A DNA stretch of 64,000 nt, taken from positions 1,364 to 65,363 of the forward strand of contig CAZFTE010000005.1 of assembly GCA_964521785.1 (NCBI GenBank). The letters run 5' to 3'. Within the stretch, counting starts at the first letter, position 1. Each line of letters starts with the position of its first letter. Positions 34,460-43,310 of the stretch are shown here, in pieces. Under the pieces are notes generated by a model, which saw only the letters and a list, made by a program, of their open reading frames with translations, searched no databases and was not told the origin of the DNA. Origin of the DNA: an uncultured Lachnospiraceae bacterium. Its GTDB lineage: Bacteria; Bacillota; Clostridia; Oscillospirales; CAG-272. A program made the position numbers and the translations under genes.

Positions 34460-36706
34460 TTATTTGAGCAAGCCGCACGCATTTTCGTACGCTGTCTTTA
34501 CCTGATTTGCATTGAGAGCAACATCGTAAACCTTAACGTCTACGCAAGAGAAGTCTTTCATCGGGAAGCCGTTGGGGCCGATATCGTTACCGATGGAAAG
34601 CTGGTTAGCATAAGGAACGAATCTTGTATCGCCTATCCAAAGTTCACCTTTAAGCTCGCTACTTCCCTGCAATTCGCCGTTTACATAGATAGCTGTATAG
34701 AACTTACCGTCGTAAACGATACCTGTTGCAACAACGTGTGTAAGGTCTGTTGCGGAAGCTTTGCCTTTAGCGTATGTGTAGTTGTAAGATTTCTTTTCTG
34801 TCGTATATGTGCAGAAACCGGGAGTGCCGTGGTTCGTCGTAGCGATACCGAGACCGCCGTATTCAGTCGCGCAAAGTACGCCCGCCGTAGCTTTGTCTGT
34901 GCCGTCCATATCGTTGCTGATATAGAATGCTTCAAGCGTAAAGCCTGCCGCACCGTTATAAAGATCGTTTATAGTAGATGTGTCATATTTGTCGATAGTA
35001 AGAGTACCGGACTGACCGGATGCCGTTACATTGAGAGCTGCCAAAGTGTTCTTCAAACCGTTATGAGTGAACTCTTTTTCGCCGATAGTAGCGCCGCCGA
35101 TAAGTGTAACTGTGGAGTTGCCCTTAACGTCTGTGGCTGTGCCGTCTGCGTTGAAATCGATATCAACGATAGCTTCGGGAAGAACGGAAGTATCTGTATC
35201 TGTTACGGATACTGTCGCTGTAAGAGCATTGCTCTGTGCATCCCAAGAGTCTACTGCTACAACTTCTATCTTATAATCTGTACCTGCCGTAAGAGTTCCT
35301 ATGGAATAAGAAAGCTCTTTCTTCATGCTTTCTGCGGGGTTGGAATAGAGATAGAAGTCTGTGAGGTATTTGGATTCGCTGATAACAGCGCCTGTTTTTA
35401 CGTTTGTAACTTTTACGATGTAGTGGTGAACGAAATCATCGTCAGCACCTGCGTTGAAAGATACTGTGGCAACATTGGAGCCACCTATCTTAGCTGTTAC
35501 AACTTTGAGTTCGCCGCTCATTGTGGGAGCCGCGTTGGAATTTGCACGGTCTTCTGTGTATGCTTTAAGGTGAGAACCGTCTGCGGAAGGAGCGGAAAGT
35601 TCCCAAGTTGTCTTGAATGTGGAATTATCGGCAAAGTTCATTCTTGTGATCCTTACGTTGCCGTTCTTGTCCACCTGAACGAGATGACCGGAAGAAGTCT
35701 GACCTGCATCGGAAGGAACTGTGCCGCTTACATTTGCATATCCGTTTTCGATAGCCATGTATGTTACGGAACCGCAACCGATAGACGTGAATTTATCCTG
35801 CATGATAGAGCGTTCGTCGTTTATCGGGAAATGAGTATGACCGCCGAATGTCATTACCTGAGGATATTTTTCAAGGATAGTTGTAAGGTCTTTTGTATAC
35901 CAACGGTGGTTACCCGTGAGAAGTGTGCTACCGTATGTCGTGCCGTATACCATAGGATGAGTATTTACGAAAACATACTGGTTGGGGTTTTCCGCTGTGA
36001 TCTTTGCAAGAGTATCGTCGAGCCACTGTTTAGCTTTTTCTGAGTACAAAACGCCGCCTGCGTCCGTACCGATGTATTCTTTATCGATAGGATTGATACA
36101 GAGGAAGTGATAACCGTTCACGATAGTGTGTGTGCAACCGATGGAAAGGTCGCTCGTTTCTTCTTCATATGAATTGTACTGAGAACCGAATATGGAGTAG
36201 AAAGAGGACATTGTGAGGTTTTCATATGTGTAACCTGCGTTGCAGTTTACGTCATGGTTGCCAAGGGAGAAGATAAGCGGAACATTTACGGGAGACAAAA
36301 CTTCCTCGTAAGCCTGTTTAAATTCTTTTACCTGGTTAGTTTGAGCGTTCTGAACAAGGTCGCCTACAAAAAGGACTGCGTTAAGGTCGCTACCCGATTC
36401 GATAGCATATGTTGAAAGCTGCTGGAGAGCGCTCTTGAATTTTTCGAGCGTATCGATGTTGGGGTATTTGTGCTGAGTATCGGATATAGCCGCAAAAGAA
36501 AGAATGATGTTGTTTTCATCAAAATCTTTGGAAGGTGTTACGGCATTGTCCGTTGTCTGGTCCGAAGAGCCTGTTGTCTGTTCGGAATGATCTGTCGTGT
36601 TGTCTGTTCCGACATTCGTGTCTGTTGTTTTGTTTTCTCCGCCTGCGCAAGAAGCAACAGCGAAAAGCATTGCAACAACAAGCAATAACGATAAAAGTTT
36701 TTTCAT
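34460..36706 (-). CDS. surface lipoprotein: calcineurin-like metallophosphoesterase plus beta-sandwich region plus C-terminal LamG/concanavalin-like domain
   Basis: 748 aa with lipobox VASC. Metallophosphoesterase motifs GDLVQN, GNHD, GGHTHF. The C-terminal ~200 aa are lectin/LamG-like (assigned from composition and pattern only). Confidence 0.65.
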   Translation of the reverse strand: MKKLLSLLLVVAMLFAVASCAGGENKTTDTNVGTDNTTDHSEQTTGSSDQTTDNAVTPSKDFDENNIILSFAAISDTQHKYPNIDTLEKFKSALQQLSTYAIESGSDLNAVLFVGDLVQNAQTNQVKEFKQAYEEVLSPVNVPLIFSLGNHDVNCNAGYTYENLTMSSFYSIFGSQYNSYEEETSDLSIGCTHTIVNGYHFLCINPIDKEYIGTDAGGVLYSEKAKQWLDDTLAKITAENPNQYVFVNTHPMVYGTTYGSTLLTGNHRWYTKDLTTILEKYPQVMTFGGHTHFPINDERSIMQDKFTSIGCGSVTYMAIENGYANVSGTVPSDAGQTSSGHLVQVDKNGNVRITRMNFADNSTFKTTWELSAPSADGSHLKAYTEDRANSNAAPTMSGELKVVTAKIGGSNVATVSFNAGADDDFVHHYIVKVTNVKTGAVISESKYLTDFYLYSNPAESMKKELSYSIGTLTAGTDYKIEVVAVDSWDAQSNALTATVSVTDTDTSVLPEAIVDIDFNADGTATDVKGNSTVTLIGGATIGEKEFTHNGLKNTLAALNVTASGQSGTLTIDKYDTSTINDLYNGAAGFTLEAFYISNDMDGTDKATAGVLCATEYGGLGIATTNHGTPGFCTYTTEKKSYNYTYAKGKASATDLTHVVATGIVYDGKFYTAIYVNGELQGSSELKGELWIGDTRFVPYANQLSIGNDIGPNGFPMKDFSCVDVKVYDVALNANQVKTAYENACGLLK

Positions 36707-36748
36707 GATGTTCCATCTCCTTTATGGACTTTATAATTTAACATATAT

Positions 36749-36777
36749 ATAATATCACATATTTTCATTGATGTCAA
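36749..36777 (-). promoter_or_regulatory. sigma-A promoter for the phosphoesterase lipoprotein gene
   Basis: On the minus strand: TTGACA (36777-36772), 17-nt spacer ending in TG-A, TATTAT (36754-36749). Confidence 0.55.
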
Positions 36778-36877
36778 TAAACAGTTTTGTGCTTTTTGTT
36801 TGCAAAACATGGACAAAATAGCATTTTTTCTGTTTAAAAATCGCATCTATCTCTCACATCGAAAATGCGCTCTCGGC

Positions 36878-36914
36878 AAAAAAAATATATCGGTCTTACG
36901 ACCGATATATTTTT
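36878..36914 (-). terminator. intrinsic terminator after the flotillin gene
   Basis: 11-bp stem ATATATCGGTC/GACCGATATAT, loop TTAC, with A8 and T4 flanks. Confidence 0.75.
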
Positions 36915-36918
36915 CATG

Positions 36919-38352
36919 TTATTCGTTTGCGGGATCGTCTTTTTTCGCATCATCGTCAGCCTTCTTCGTGGGAGCGATAGCGGCTTTACCGCCCGCAAAA
37001 CCCGCGATAAGCGAGGATATGTCGATGCCTGTGGATTCTTTAACGCCTTCCATGATCTGATTCGTACTGCTCATAACATCGCGAACTACCTTTGTGGAGT
37101 TGCCGTCGCCGTACATAACGATCTTGTCTGTACGAGACAAAGGCTCGGCGGCATTCTTAACGACTTCGGGCAATGCATTAAGGTACATTTCAAGCACGGA
37201 AGCTTCGCCCATCTTCTTCTGAGCTTCGGCTTTCTTTTCAATAGCTTCGGCTTCGGCAAGACCTTTGGCGCGGATACCTTCCGCTTCCTGCTCCATAGCA
37301 TAGCGGATAGCTTCGGCTTCGGCTTTTTTCGCCTCGGCTTCGCGGATAGCTTCGTATTTTTTTGCGTCCGCTTCGCGCTGACGTTTGATAAGCTCGGCTT
37401 CTGCCTGTTTTTCGGACTGATATTTCATAGCGTCCGCTTGCTTCATGATATTCGCTTCAAGTTCTTTTTCCTTGATGGAGATATCTTTCTCCGCAAGCTC
37501 CGCTTCTTTTTCGCGACGAGCGATATCCGCATTCGTCTTAGCAATCTCGATTATCTTACGCTGATTTTCTTGCTGAATGGAGTAAGCCGCGTCTGCGTCT
37601 GCCTTTTTCGTGTCGGCTTTCACCTTCATGTCGGCTTGCTGAACGGCAAGTTCAGCGTCCTGTTCGGCTATCTTCTTTTCAGCTTCGACTTTGACCGCGT
37701 TAGCTTCTTCCTGTGCCTTAGCCGTTGCTATGGCTATGTCGCGCTGTGCGTTAGCCTTGGCGATCTGAGCATTTTTGCGTATCTGTTCTACGTTGTCGAT
37801 ACCCATGTTCTCGATAGTGCCTGCGGCATCTTTAAAGTTTTGGATATTAAAGTTTACTACCTCGATACCGAGTTTTTTCATATCGGGAACAACGTTTTCT
37901 GTTATCTTCTTTGCAACGCCCTGGCGGTCCTGGACCATCTCTTTAAGTCCGACGGAACCAACTATCTCTCGCATATTACCTTCAAGCACCTGCGTTACAA
38001 GGTTTACAAGGTCTGCCTGACGCATACCGAGGAGAGATTCGGAAGCAAGCTTGAGCGCTTCGGGGTCGGAAGATATCTTGATGTTCGCAACGCCGTCTAC
38101 CGTAACGTTGATAAATTCATTTGTGGGGACAGCTTCGCTCGTTTTAACGTCAACTTGCATTACACGGAGGGAAAGACGGTCAACTCGTTCAAAGAAAGGT
38201 ATTCTGAAACCTGCTTTACCGATGAGTATTCTGCGCTTTTTGCCAAGACCGGAAATGATGTATGCCGTGTCGGGCGGAGCTTTAAGATAGCCGCTTGCGA
38301 AAAATACGATGATCAATAATGCAATTATTGCAATGATGATGAAATGGTTCAT
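36919..38352 (-). CDS. floT: flotillin-like SPFH/band-7 protein (FloT/YuaG type)
   Basis: 477 aa with an N-terminal membrane hairpin, an SPFH domain, and a long Ala/Glu/Lys-rich coiled-coil flotillin-repeat region. Confidence 0.85.
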   Translation of the reverse strand: MNHFIIIAIIALLIIVFFASGYLKAPPDTAYIISGLGKKRRILIGKAGFRIPFFERVDRLSLRVMQVDVKTSEAVPTNEFINVTVDGVANIKISSDPEALKLASESLLGMRQADLVNLVTQVLEGNMREIVGSVGLKEMVQDRQGVAKKITENVVPDMKKLGIEVVNFNIQNFKDAAGTIENMGIDNVEQIRKNAQIAKANAQRDIAIATAKAQEEANAVKVEAEKKIAEQDAELAVQQADMKVKADTKKADADAAYSIQQENQRKIIEIAKTNADIARREKEAELAEKDISIKEKELEANIMKQADAMKYQSEKQAEAELIKRQREADAKKYEAIREAEAKKAEAEAIRYAMEQEAEGIRAKGLAEAEAIEKKAEAQKKMGEASVLEMYLNALPEVVKNAAEPLSRTDKIVMYGDGNSTKVVRDVMSSTNQIMEGVKESTGIDISSLIAGFAGGKAAIAPTKKADDDAKKDDPANE

Positions 38353-38401
38353 AATATTCCTCCAAAATAAGTATTTTTTGGTCTTGCGGAAGCCTTTTAA
38401 A

Positions 38402-38439
38402 CAAAAAAGACTTTTACCGCTTAAACAGTAAAAGTCTTG
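38402..38439 (-). terminator. intrinsic terminator of the leader/sORF unit upstream of floT
   Basis: 11-bp stem AAGACTTTTAC/GTAAAAGTCTT, 10-nt loop, followed on the minus strand by TTTTTTG. Confidence 0.8.
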
Positions 38440-38445
38440 TAAAAA

Positions 38446-38541
38446 TCATTTAAAAGATCCTGTATACACCGAGCATCTGCAGCTGCCGTCATGACGATGC
38501 ATACACATTGTAAAATACAATGTACTACTCCCTTTTGACAT
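38446..38541 (-). other. candidate small ORF (31 codons from ATG, or 24 from an SD-preceded TTG) or structured leader RNA
   Basis: Minus-strand reading gives MSKGSSTLYFTMCMHRHDGSCRCSVYTGSFK*. GGGAG lies 7 nt upstream of the in-frame TTG (codon 8). The region contains an 8-bp hairpin ACATTGTA/TACAATGT. It sits between a consensus promoter and a terminator. Confidence 0.35.
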
Positions 38542-38545
38542 TTTC

Positions 38546-38574
38546 ATTATAGCATATTGCCAATATTTTGTCAA
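38546..38574 (-). promoter_or_regulatory. perfect-consensus sigma-A promoter
   Basis: On the minus strand: TTGACA (38574-38569), exactly 17-nt spacer, TATAAT (38551-38546). Confidence 0.75.
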
Positions 38575-38663
38575 TAGTCAGCAAAAATTTTTTCAAAGCG
38601 ACAAAAATGAACAGTGAAATGCTCCGTCGAGAGCATTGCGCCGTTCATTTATCGTTCTTCTAT

Positions 38664-39917
38664 TTAAGAAAATTCGGGTGCTGCCTTTTCGGTTATTACC
38701 TTATCGGTTATAACTATCTTCGTATAGCCCTTTTCTTCGCGGAGCGAGGGAGACTCATACATGATAGGCTGCATAAATTCTTCCATTATCGCGCGAAGAC
38801 CGCGCGCGCCCGTACCGCGTTCCTTTGCGAGTTCGGCTATCTTGACGATAGCTTCGTCCGTAAATTCTATATCGAGGTCATCGAGTGCGAACAGCTTCTT
38901 ATATTGCTTAACTATCGCGTTTTTCGGCTCTGTCAATATTCTTACGAAAGCGTCCGTATCGAGCTGATCGAGGCTCACTATAACGGGTATCCTTCCCACG
39001 AGTTCGGGGATAAGACCGTATTTTACTATATCGTGAGCTGTCGCATTTTTGAAAACGGAGACATCTTTCGTCTCGTTCTTGCTCTTGACTTCACTTCCGA
39101 AGCCTATGCCCTGTTTGCCTTTTCTCTTTTCGATTATCTGCTCAAGACCGTCGAACGCGCCGCCGCAGATGAACAAGATATTAGATGTATTTATCTGAAT
39201 AAATTCCTGTCCGGGGTGCTTACGTCCGCCCTTCGGAGGAACGTTGGCAACAGTGCCTTCAAGTATCTTGAGAAGCGCCTGCTGAACGCCTTCACCCGAA
39301 ACGTCTCTCGTGATAGAGCGATTTTCGCTCTTACGAGATATCTTGTCTATCTCATCGATATATATGATGCCGCGTTCCGCGAGCTTTTCGTCGCCGTCTG
39401 CCGCCTGGATAAGACGAAGAAGTATATTTTCAACGTCCTCGCCGACATATCCCGCTTCTGTAAGCGTTGTGGCATCTGCTATGGCAAAAGGAACTTTAAG
39501 CGTTTTCGCGAGCGTTTGAGCCAAGAATGTTTTGCCAACACCCGTAGGTCCGAGCAAAAGCACATTGCTCTTCTGTATCTCAACGCCATCGTCGCTCTCT
39601 TTCTGCAATATACGTTTATAGTGGTTATAAACGGCAACGGAAAGAGCCACTTTCGCCTCGTCCTGTCCGATAACGTAATCATCAAGAACTTTTTTTATAT
39701 CCTTGGGTTTGGGAAGCTCGGAAAGTTCGGGCATTGCCTGCAATGCGCCCTCTGCAGATTCCTTTTCGTCCTCTATCTCGGACAATATCTCGTTGCAAGC
39801 CCAAACGCACTGATTACAGATATTCGCGCCCGTAGCCGAAGGTATCAAAAATTCTACCTGTCTTTCGGTCCTGCCGCAAAAGGAGCATCTGTGTTCTGTA
39901 TTCATGTTGTCAGCCAT
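38664..39917 (-). CDS. clpX: ATP-dependent Clp protease ATP-binding subunit ClpX
   Basis: 417 aa with an N-terminal zinc ribbon (CSFCGR..CNQC), Walker A GPTGVGKT, and IYIDEIDK. Confidence 0.95.
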   Translation of the reverse strand: MADNMNTEHRCSFCGRTERQVEFLIPSATGANICNQCVWACNEILSEIEDEKESAEGALQAMPELSELPKPKDIKKVLDDYVIGQDEAKVALSVAVYNHYKRILQKESDDGVEIQKSNVLLLGPTGVGKTFLAQTLAKTLKVPFAIADATTLTEAGYVGEDVENILLRLIQAADGDEKLAERGIIYIDEIDKISRKSENRSITRDVSGEGVQQALLKILEGTVANVPPKGGRKHPGQEFIQINTSNILFICGGAFDGLEQIIEKRKGKQGIGFGSEVKSKNETKDVSVFKNATAHDIVKYGLIPELVGRIPVIVSLDQLDTDAFVRILTEPKNAIVKQYKKLFALDDLDIEFTDEAIVKIAELAKERGTGARGLRAIMEEFMQPIMYESPSLREEKGYTKIVITDKVITEKAAPEFS

Positions 39918-39933
39918 TTTTCAGCACCTCTGC

Positions 39934-40518
39934 TTATGCTCTTTTTTCAATAACCTTATCGATAAGACCGTAATCGGCAGCTTCCTGTGCGGACATGAAG
40001 TTATCTCTTTCTGTATCCACTGCGATCTGATCTACTGTCTTACCTGTTTCACGAGCGAGTATCTCGTTGAGTTTCTGACGAGTGCGGAGGATATGGTCCG
40101 CGTGTATCTTGATATCGCTCGCCTGACCCTGCATTCCGCCCAAAGGCTGATGTATCATTATCTCGCTGTTGGGGAGCGCCCAACGTTTACCCGGAGTACC
40201 TGCTGCAAGCAAGAATGCGCCCATGGAAGCCGCCATACCGATGCAAATCGTGCAAACATCGCATTTGATATAATTCATCGTATCGTAAATAGCGAAACCT
40301 GCGGAAACGGAGCCGCCGGGGCTATTGATATAAAGCATTATATCCTTATCGGGATCCTGAGACTCAAGGAAAAGAAGCTGTGCAACAACAAGAGAAGCTG
40401 TTGTGTCGTTTACCTCGTCTGTCAAAAAAATGATTCTGTCGTTAAGAAGGCGAGAATAGATATCGTATGCGCGTTCGCCTCTGCCTGTCTGTTCAACGAC
40501 TGTTGGTACAAGTGCCAT
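39934..40518 (-). CDS. clpP: ATP-dependent Clp protease proteolytic subunit ClpP
   Basis: ClpP catalytic contexts [11 protein letters not shown] and MIHQPLGG. Start moved to ATG 40518 (AAAGGAG upstream); the ORF-track extension reads through a repeat hairpin. Confidence 0.93.
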   Translation of the reverse strand: MALVPTVVEQTGRGERAYDIYSRLLNDRIIFLTDEVNDTTASLVVAQLLFLESQDPDKDIMLYINSPGGSVSAGFAIYDTMNYIKCDVCTICIGMAASMGAFLLAAGTPGKRWALPNSEIMIHQPLGGMQGQASDIKIHADHILRTRQKLNEILARETGKTVDQIAVDTERDNFMSAQEAADYGLIDKVIEKRA

Positions 40519-40542
40519 AATTATTTTTCTCCTTTCAAAACC

Positions 40543-40744
40543 CCTACTTTTCTTTCGGAGAAAAGTAGGCAAAAGAACTCCACTCGGCAGTCTTATTTAT
40601 ATCTCTGCCGTTTCGAGCCTTTCCTTTTCTTTTTTCATTTCGGCTATAAAGACAATTTATCTTCTTTCGTCGCAAACCATGCAAAAGAACTCTACTCGGC
40701 AGTCCTATTTATATCTCTGCCGTTTCGAGCCTTTCCTTTCGGGG
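40543..40744. repeat. intergenic repeat locus B: hairpin plus two 58-nt direct repeats
   Basis: Hairpin CCTACTTTTCTTTCGGAGAAAAGTAGG (40543-40569). CAAAAGAACTC..CGGCAG..CTGCCGTTTCGAGCCTTTCCTTT occurs at 40570-40627 and 40682-40739, 56/58 identical by manual alignment. Confidence 0.75.
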
Positions 40745-40808
40745 ATATTTACACAAAACTTTCTCCGACAGGATAAAGTCGAAAAATGTATTTTCCCCGT
40801 TTAAGCAA

Positions 40809-40834
40809 ATTCGCAGACGATACCGTCTGCGAAT
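40809..40834 (-). terminator. hairpin/terminator after tig
   Basis: 11-bp stem ATTCGCAGACG/CGTCTGCGAAT, loop ATAC, with a weak U-tract on the minus strand. Confidence 0.5.
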
Positions 40835-40853
40835 CCCTTATATTGTCTTTAAA

Positions 40854-42146
40854 TTATTCAGCGTCTTTTGTTGTAACAACTGCTGTGTCGCGGAGAAGCT
40901 GTGCAGCTTTGCCAACAACGATATCAGCAGCGATAGCAGCGCTGTCAACGAGTTCGCGAACCTTTTCAGCTTCGATGCTGTAAGCTTCTGCGATCTTGCT
41001 GTATTCAGCGTCGATCTCTTCTGTTGTTGCTTCGAAGTTTTCAGCTTTTGCAACTGCTTCGAGAGCAAGACGGGTCTTAACCTGCTTTTCAGCCTGAGGA
41101 CGGAACTGAGCCTTCATGGAATCAGCTGTCTGACCGGTGTAACGCATAAATGTTTCGAGGTCGAGACCCTGGTAACGAAGTCTTGTTTCGTAGTCGCGCA
41201 TCATGTTTTCGAGTTCGTTTTCGAACATAGCTTCGGGAATGTCTGCTTCGAGAGTTTCAACGAGTTTTTCGATGATCTGATCGTCTACTTTAGCGTCCTC
41301 TGCTTTGTCAGCTCTTTCCTGGAGTTTTGCCTTGATATCAGCGCGGTATTCGTCGAGTGTATCAAATTCGGAAACGTCTTTTACAAACTCGTCGTCGAGT
41401 TCGGGAAGTTCGCGAACTTTGATAGCGTGAACAACACATTTGAATGTTGCTTCTTTGTTAGCGAGTTCAGCTGCATGGTATTCAGCAGGGAATGTAACGT
41501 TTACATCGAAGTTTTCGCCGATAGCTTTGCCAACGATCTGTTCTTCGAAACCGGGAATGAACGCGCCGGAACCAACCTTGAGGTTGTAGTTTTCAGCTTT
41601 GCCGCCTTCGAAAGCAACACCGTCAACGTAACCGTCGAAATCAAATGTGATCTCGTCGCCGTTTGCAACCGCTCTGTCTGTAACTTCTGTTTCGCGAGCA
41701 TTTCTTTCGCGAACGCTGTTGATCTCGTTTTCAACAGCTTCATCGGAAATAGCTACTGTTTCGCGTGTAGCTGCGATGCCCTTGTATTCGCCAACCTTAA
41801 CTTCGGGTTTTACGAAAACTGTTGCTGTAACAACAACACCGTTGTCGTCGATAGTTTTGATATCGATCTCGGGGCGGCTTACAACATCGAGTTTGGATTC
41901 AGCGAGAGCTGCTTCGTATGCTTCGGGAAGTATGTCGTTGATAGCGTCTTCATAGAAGAAGCCTTTGCCGTACATTTTTTCGATCATGCTCTTGGGAGCT
42001 TTGCCGGGTCTGAAGCCGGGAACATTGAGTTTAGATACATTTTTCTTGTATACTTTGTCAACAGCTGCATCAAATGTAGCTTTGTCAACAGAAAACTCAA
42101 TTACTTTCTGATTTTTTTCAGCGTCTGTAATGTTGAGTAATTTCAT
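40854..42146 (-). CDS. tig: trigger factor
   Basis: Trigger-factor layout: N-terminal ribosome-binding GFRPGKAP motif, a central PPIase-like domain, and an acidic C-terminal domain. Start placed at ATG 42146 (GGAGG 7 nt upstream). Confidence 0.93.
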   Translation of the reverse strand: MKLLNITDAEKNQKVIEFSVDKATFDAAVDKVYKKNVSKLNVPGFRPGKAPKSMIEKMYGKGFFYEDAINDILPEAYEAALAESKLDVVSRPEIDIKTIDDNGVVVTATVFVKPEVKVGEYKGIAATRETVAISDEAVENEINSVRERNARETEVTDRAVANGDEITFDFDGYVDGVAFEGGKAENYNLKVGSGAFIPGFEEQIVGKAIGENFDVNVTFPAEYHAAELANKEATFKCVVHAIKVRELPELDDEFVKDVSEFDTLDEYRADIKAKLQERADKAEDAKVDDQIIEKLVETLEADIPEAMFENELENMMRDYETRLRYQGLDLETFMRYTGQTADSMKAQFRPQAEKQVKTRLALEAVAKAENFEATTEEIDAEYSKIAEAYSIEAEKVRELVDSAAIAADIVVGKAAQLLRDTAVVTTKDAE

Positions 42147-42273
42147 TTTATCCTCCGTGAAATTGCGAGAATTTATTTGTTCCATAATTATTAGTTATTA
42201 TATCACTTTTACTCGTCAAAGTCAACTATTTTATTACAATATTTATATATTCCGAGCGCAAGCGCTCGTTTTT

Positions 42274-43020
42274 TCAGCCCTTTTCTTTCGGCTCTATCCT
42301 GTATGGGCGGAACGCAAGATAGTCTGCGGATATAAAATAAAAATCGATATCCGCGTAATTCGTTTTCATCGGCGTATCGTAGCATCCGTGTATATGACCG
42401 AAGTAACAACGGCTCACTTCTTTTCTGTAAAGTTCCATTATTATCTCATCGCACATATACCCTCTGAATATCGGCGGAAAATGCAAAAAAGCGAGCATCT
42501 CTCTTTCTTTTCCGTCCGCTTCGGCAAGCTCTTGTCTGAGCTTCAAGCCCTCACCAAGGCTCATTCCCAAACGCATCACCTCTCGCGCGACTATTTTTTC
42601 GCTGTCCGCGCCGCGCATATTCACATTTTTGTCGTCATTATACCAACCGCGCGAACCGCCTATTATAAAATCCTCGCACGCATATGCGTTATTGTGAAGA
42701 AAACGTATGGTTTTATAACCGTTCTTCTCCACAAAAGCGTCAAGTTTCGACATGGTCTGCCACCAGTAGTCATGGTTTCCCTTTGATATTATCTTTTGCC
42801 CGGGCAGAGCTTCTATAAAATCAAAATCAGCCTTTGCCTCGTCAAGCGTCATCGCCCAGGATATATCCCCTGCGATAACAACGGTGTCCTCGTCTTTGAC
42901 AACGCTTTTCCACTCAGCCTCAAGGCGTTCGGTATACCCCTTCCAACGTGCGCCGAATATATCCATCGGCTTTTCGCACGAAAGCGAAAGATGCGTATCC
43001 CCTATAACAAAAAGCGACAT
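42274..43020 (-). CDS. metallophosphoesterase family protein
   Basis: 248 aa with motifs GDTHL, GDISW, GNHDYWW, GHIHG. Confidence 0.8.
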   Translation of the reverse strand: MSLFVIGDTHLSLSCEKPMDIFGARWKGYTERLEAEWKSVVKDEDTVVIAGDISWAMTLDEAKADFDFIEALPGQKIISKGNHDYWWQTMSKLDAFVEKNGYKTIRFLHNNAYACEDFIIGGSRGWYNDDKNVNMRGADSEKIVAREVMRLGMSLGEGLKLRQELAEADGKEREMLAFLHFPPIFRGYMCDEIIMELYRKEVSRCYFGHIHGCYDTPMKTNYADIDFYFISADYLAFRPYRIEPKEKG

Positions 43021-43124
43021 AGCTCACCTCCTCTAAATTTTTAAAATAAAAAATGTCATGCACGAATAAACAGTCCTGTTTCGTGCCAAAATACAAACAA
43101 GCTCACAGAAAGGAGTTTTAACAA

Positions 43125-43310
43125 ATGAATAAAAACGATGACAAGATAACTTGCAAATGCAACAACGGCGTTATTTGCGATGTTTCCAACTGCGCCTATC
43201 ACACGGAGGACAGCACCTGCACGGCAAAGACAATAAATGTCGGTCCCAGCTATGCCACCTCTTGCACAGATACCGTTTGCGCTACCTTTAAGCAGAAAAG
43301 TTCCTCCTGA
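43125..43310 (+). CDS. DUF1540-like small cysteine-rich protein
   Basis: 61 aa with two C..V..C.Y.....C.A..I.V repeats. AAAGGAG SD. Confidence 0.65.
   Translation: MNKNDDKITCKCNNGVICDVSNCAYHTEDSTCTAKTINVGPSYATSCTDTVCATFKQKSSS

Noticed and set aside
38446-38541. Assignment of the floT leader to a known riboswitch, 6S RNA or SRP RNA class.
   Set aside because: I could not recognise any conserved core motif of the classes I know (SAM, TPP, FMN, glycine, c-di-GMP, c-di-AMP, ZTP, fluoride, preQ1, Mn, Mg, T-box, 6S, SRP). It is left unclassified rather than named.
36865-39953. 484-aa and 461-aa plus-strand ORFs opposite floT and clpX, and likewise the 407-aa ORF at 57823-59046 opposite the recombinase gene.
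   Set aside because: The opposite strand encodes textbook flotillin, ClpX and Xer sequences. The antisense products are repetitive Phe/Arg/Cys-rich strings.
40519-40572. N-terminal ORF-track extensions: clpP (40519-40572), mrpE (24175-24273), rnfD (25680-25790), radA (56269-56337), tig (42147-42185) and dapB (10200-10217).
   Set aside because: Internal ATG codons with good SD sequences give family-typical N-termini. The extensions run through repeat hairpins, promoter DNA or the preceding gene.
40519-40853. CtsR (GGTCAAA direct repeat) or CIRCE operator upstream of clpP.
   Set aside because: I could not find either motif on either strand by eye. Only the GCAAAAGAAC repeat family is present.
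42245-42275. Hairpin CGAGCG-CAAG-CGCTCG followed by TTTTTT on the plus strand, as a plus-strand terminator.
   Set aside because: No plus-strand gene ends upstream of it. It overlaps the stop region of the minus-strand metallophosphoesterase gene and is at most a weak bidirectional element.
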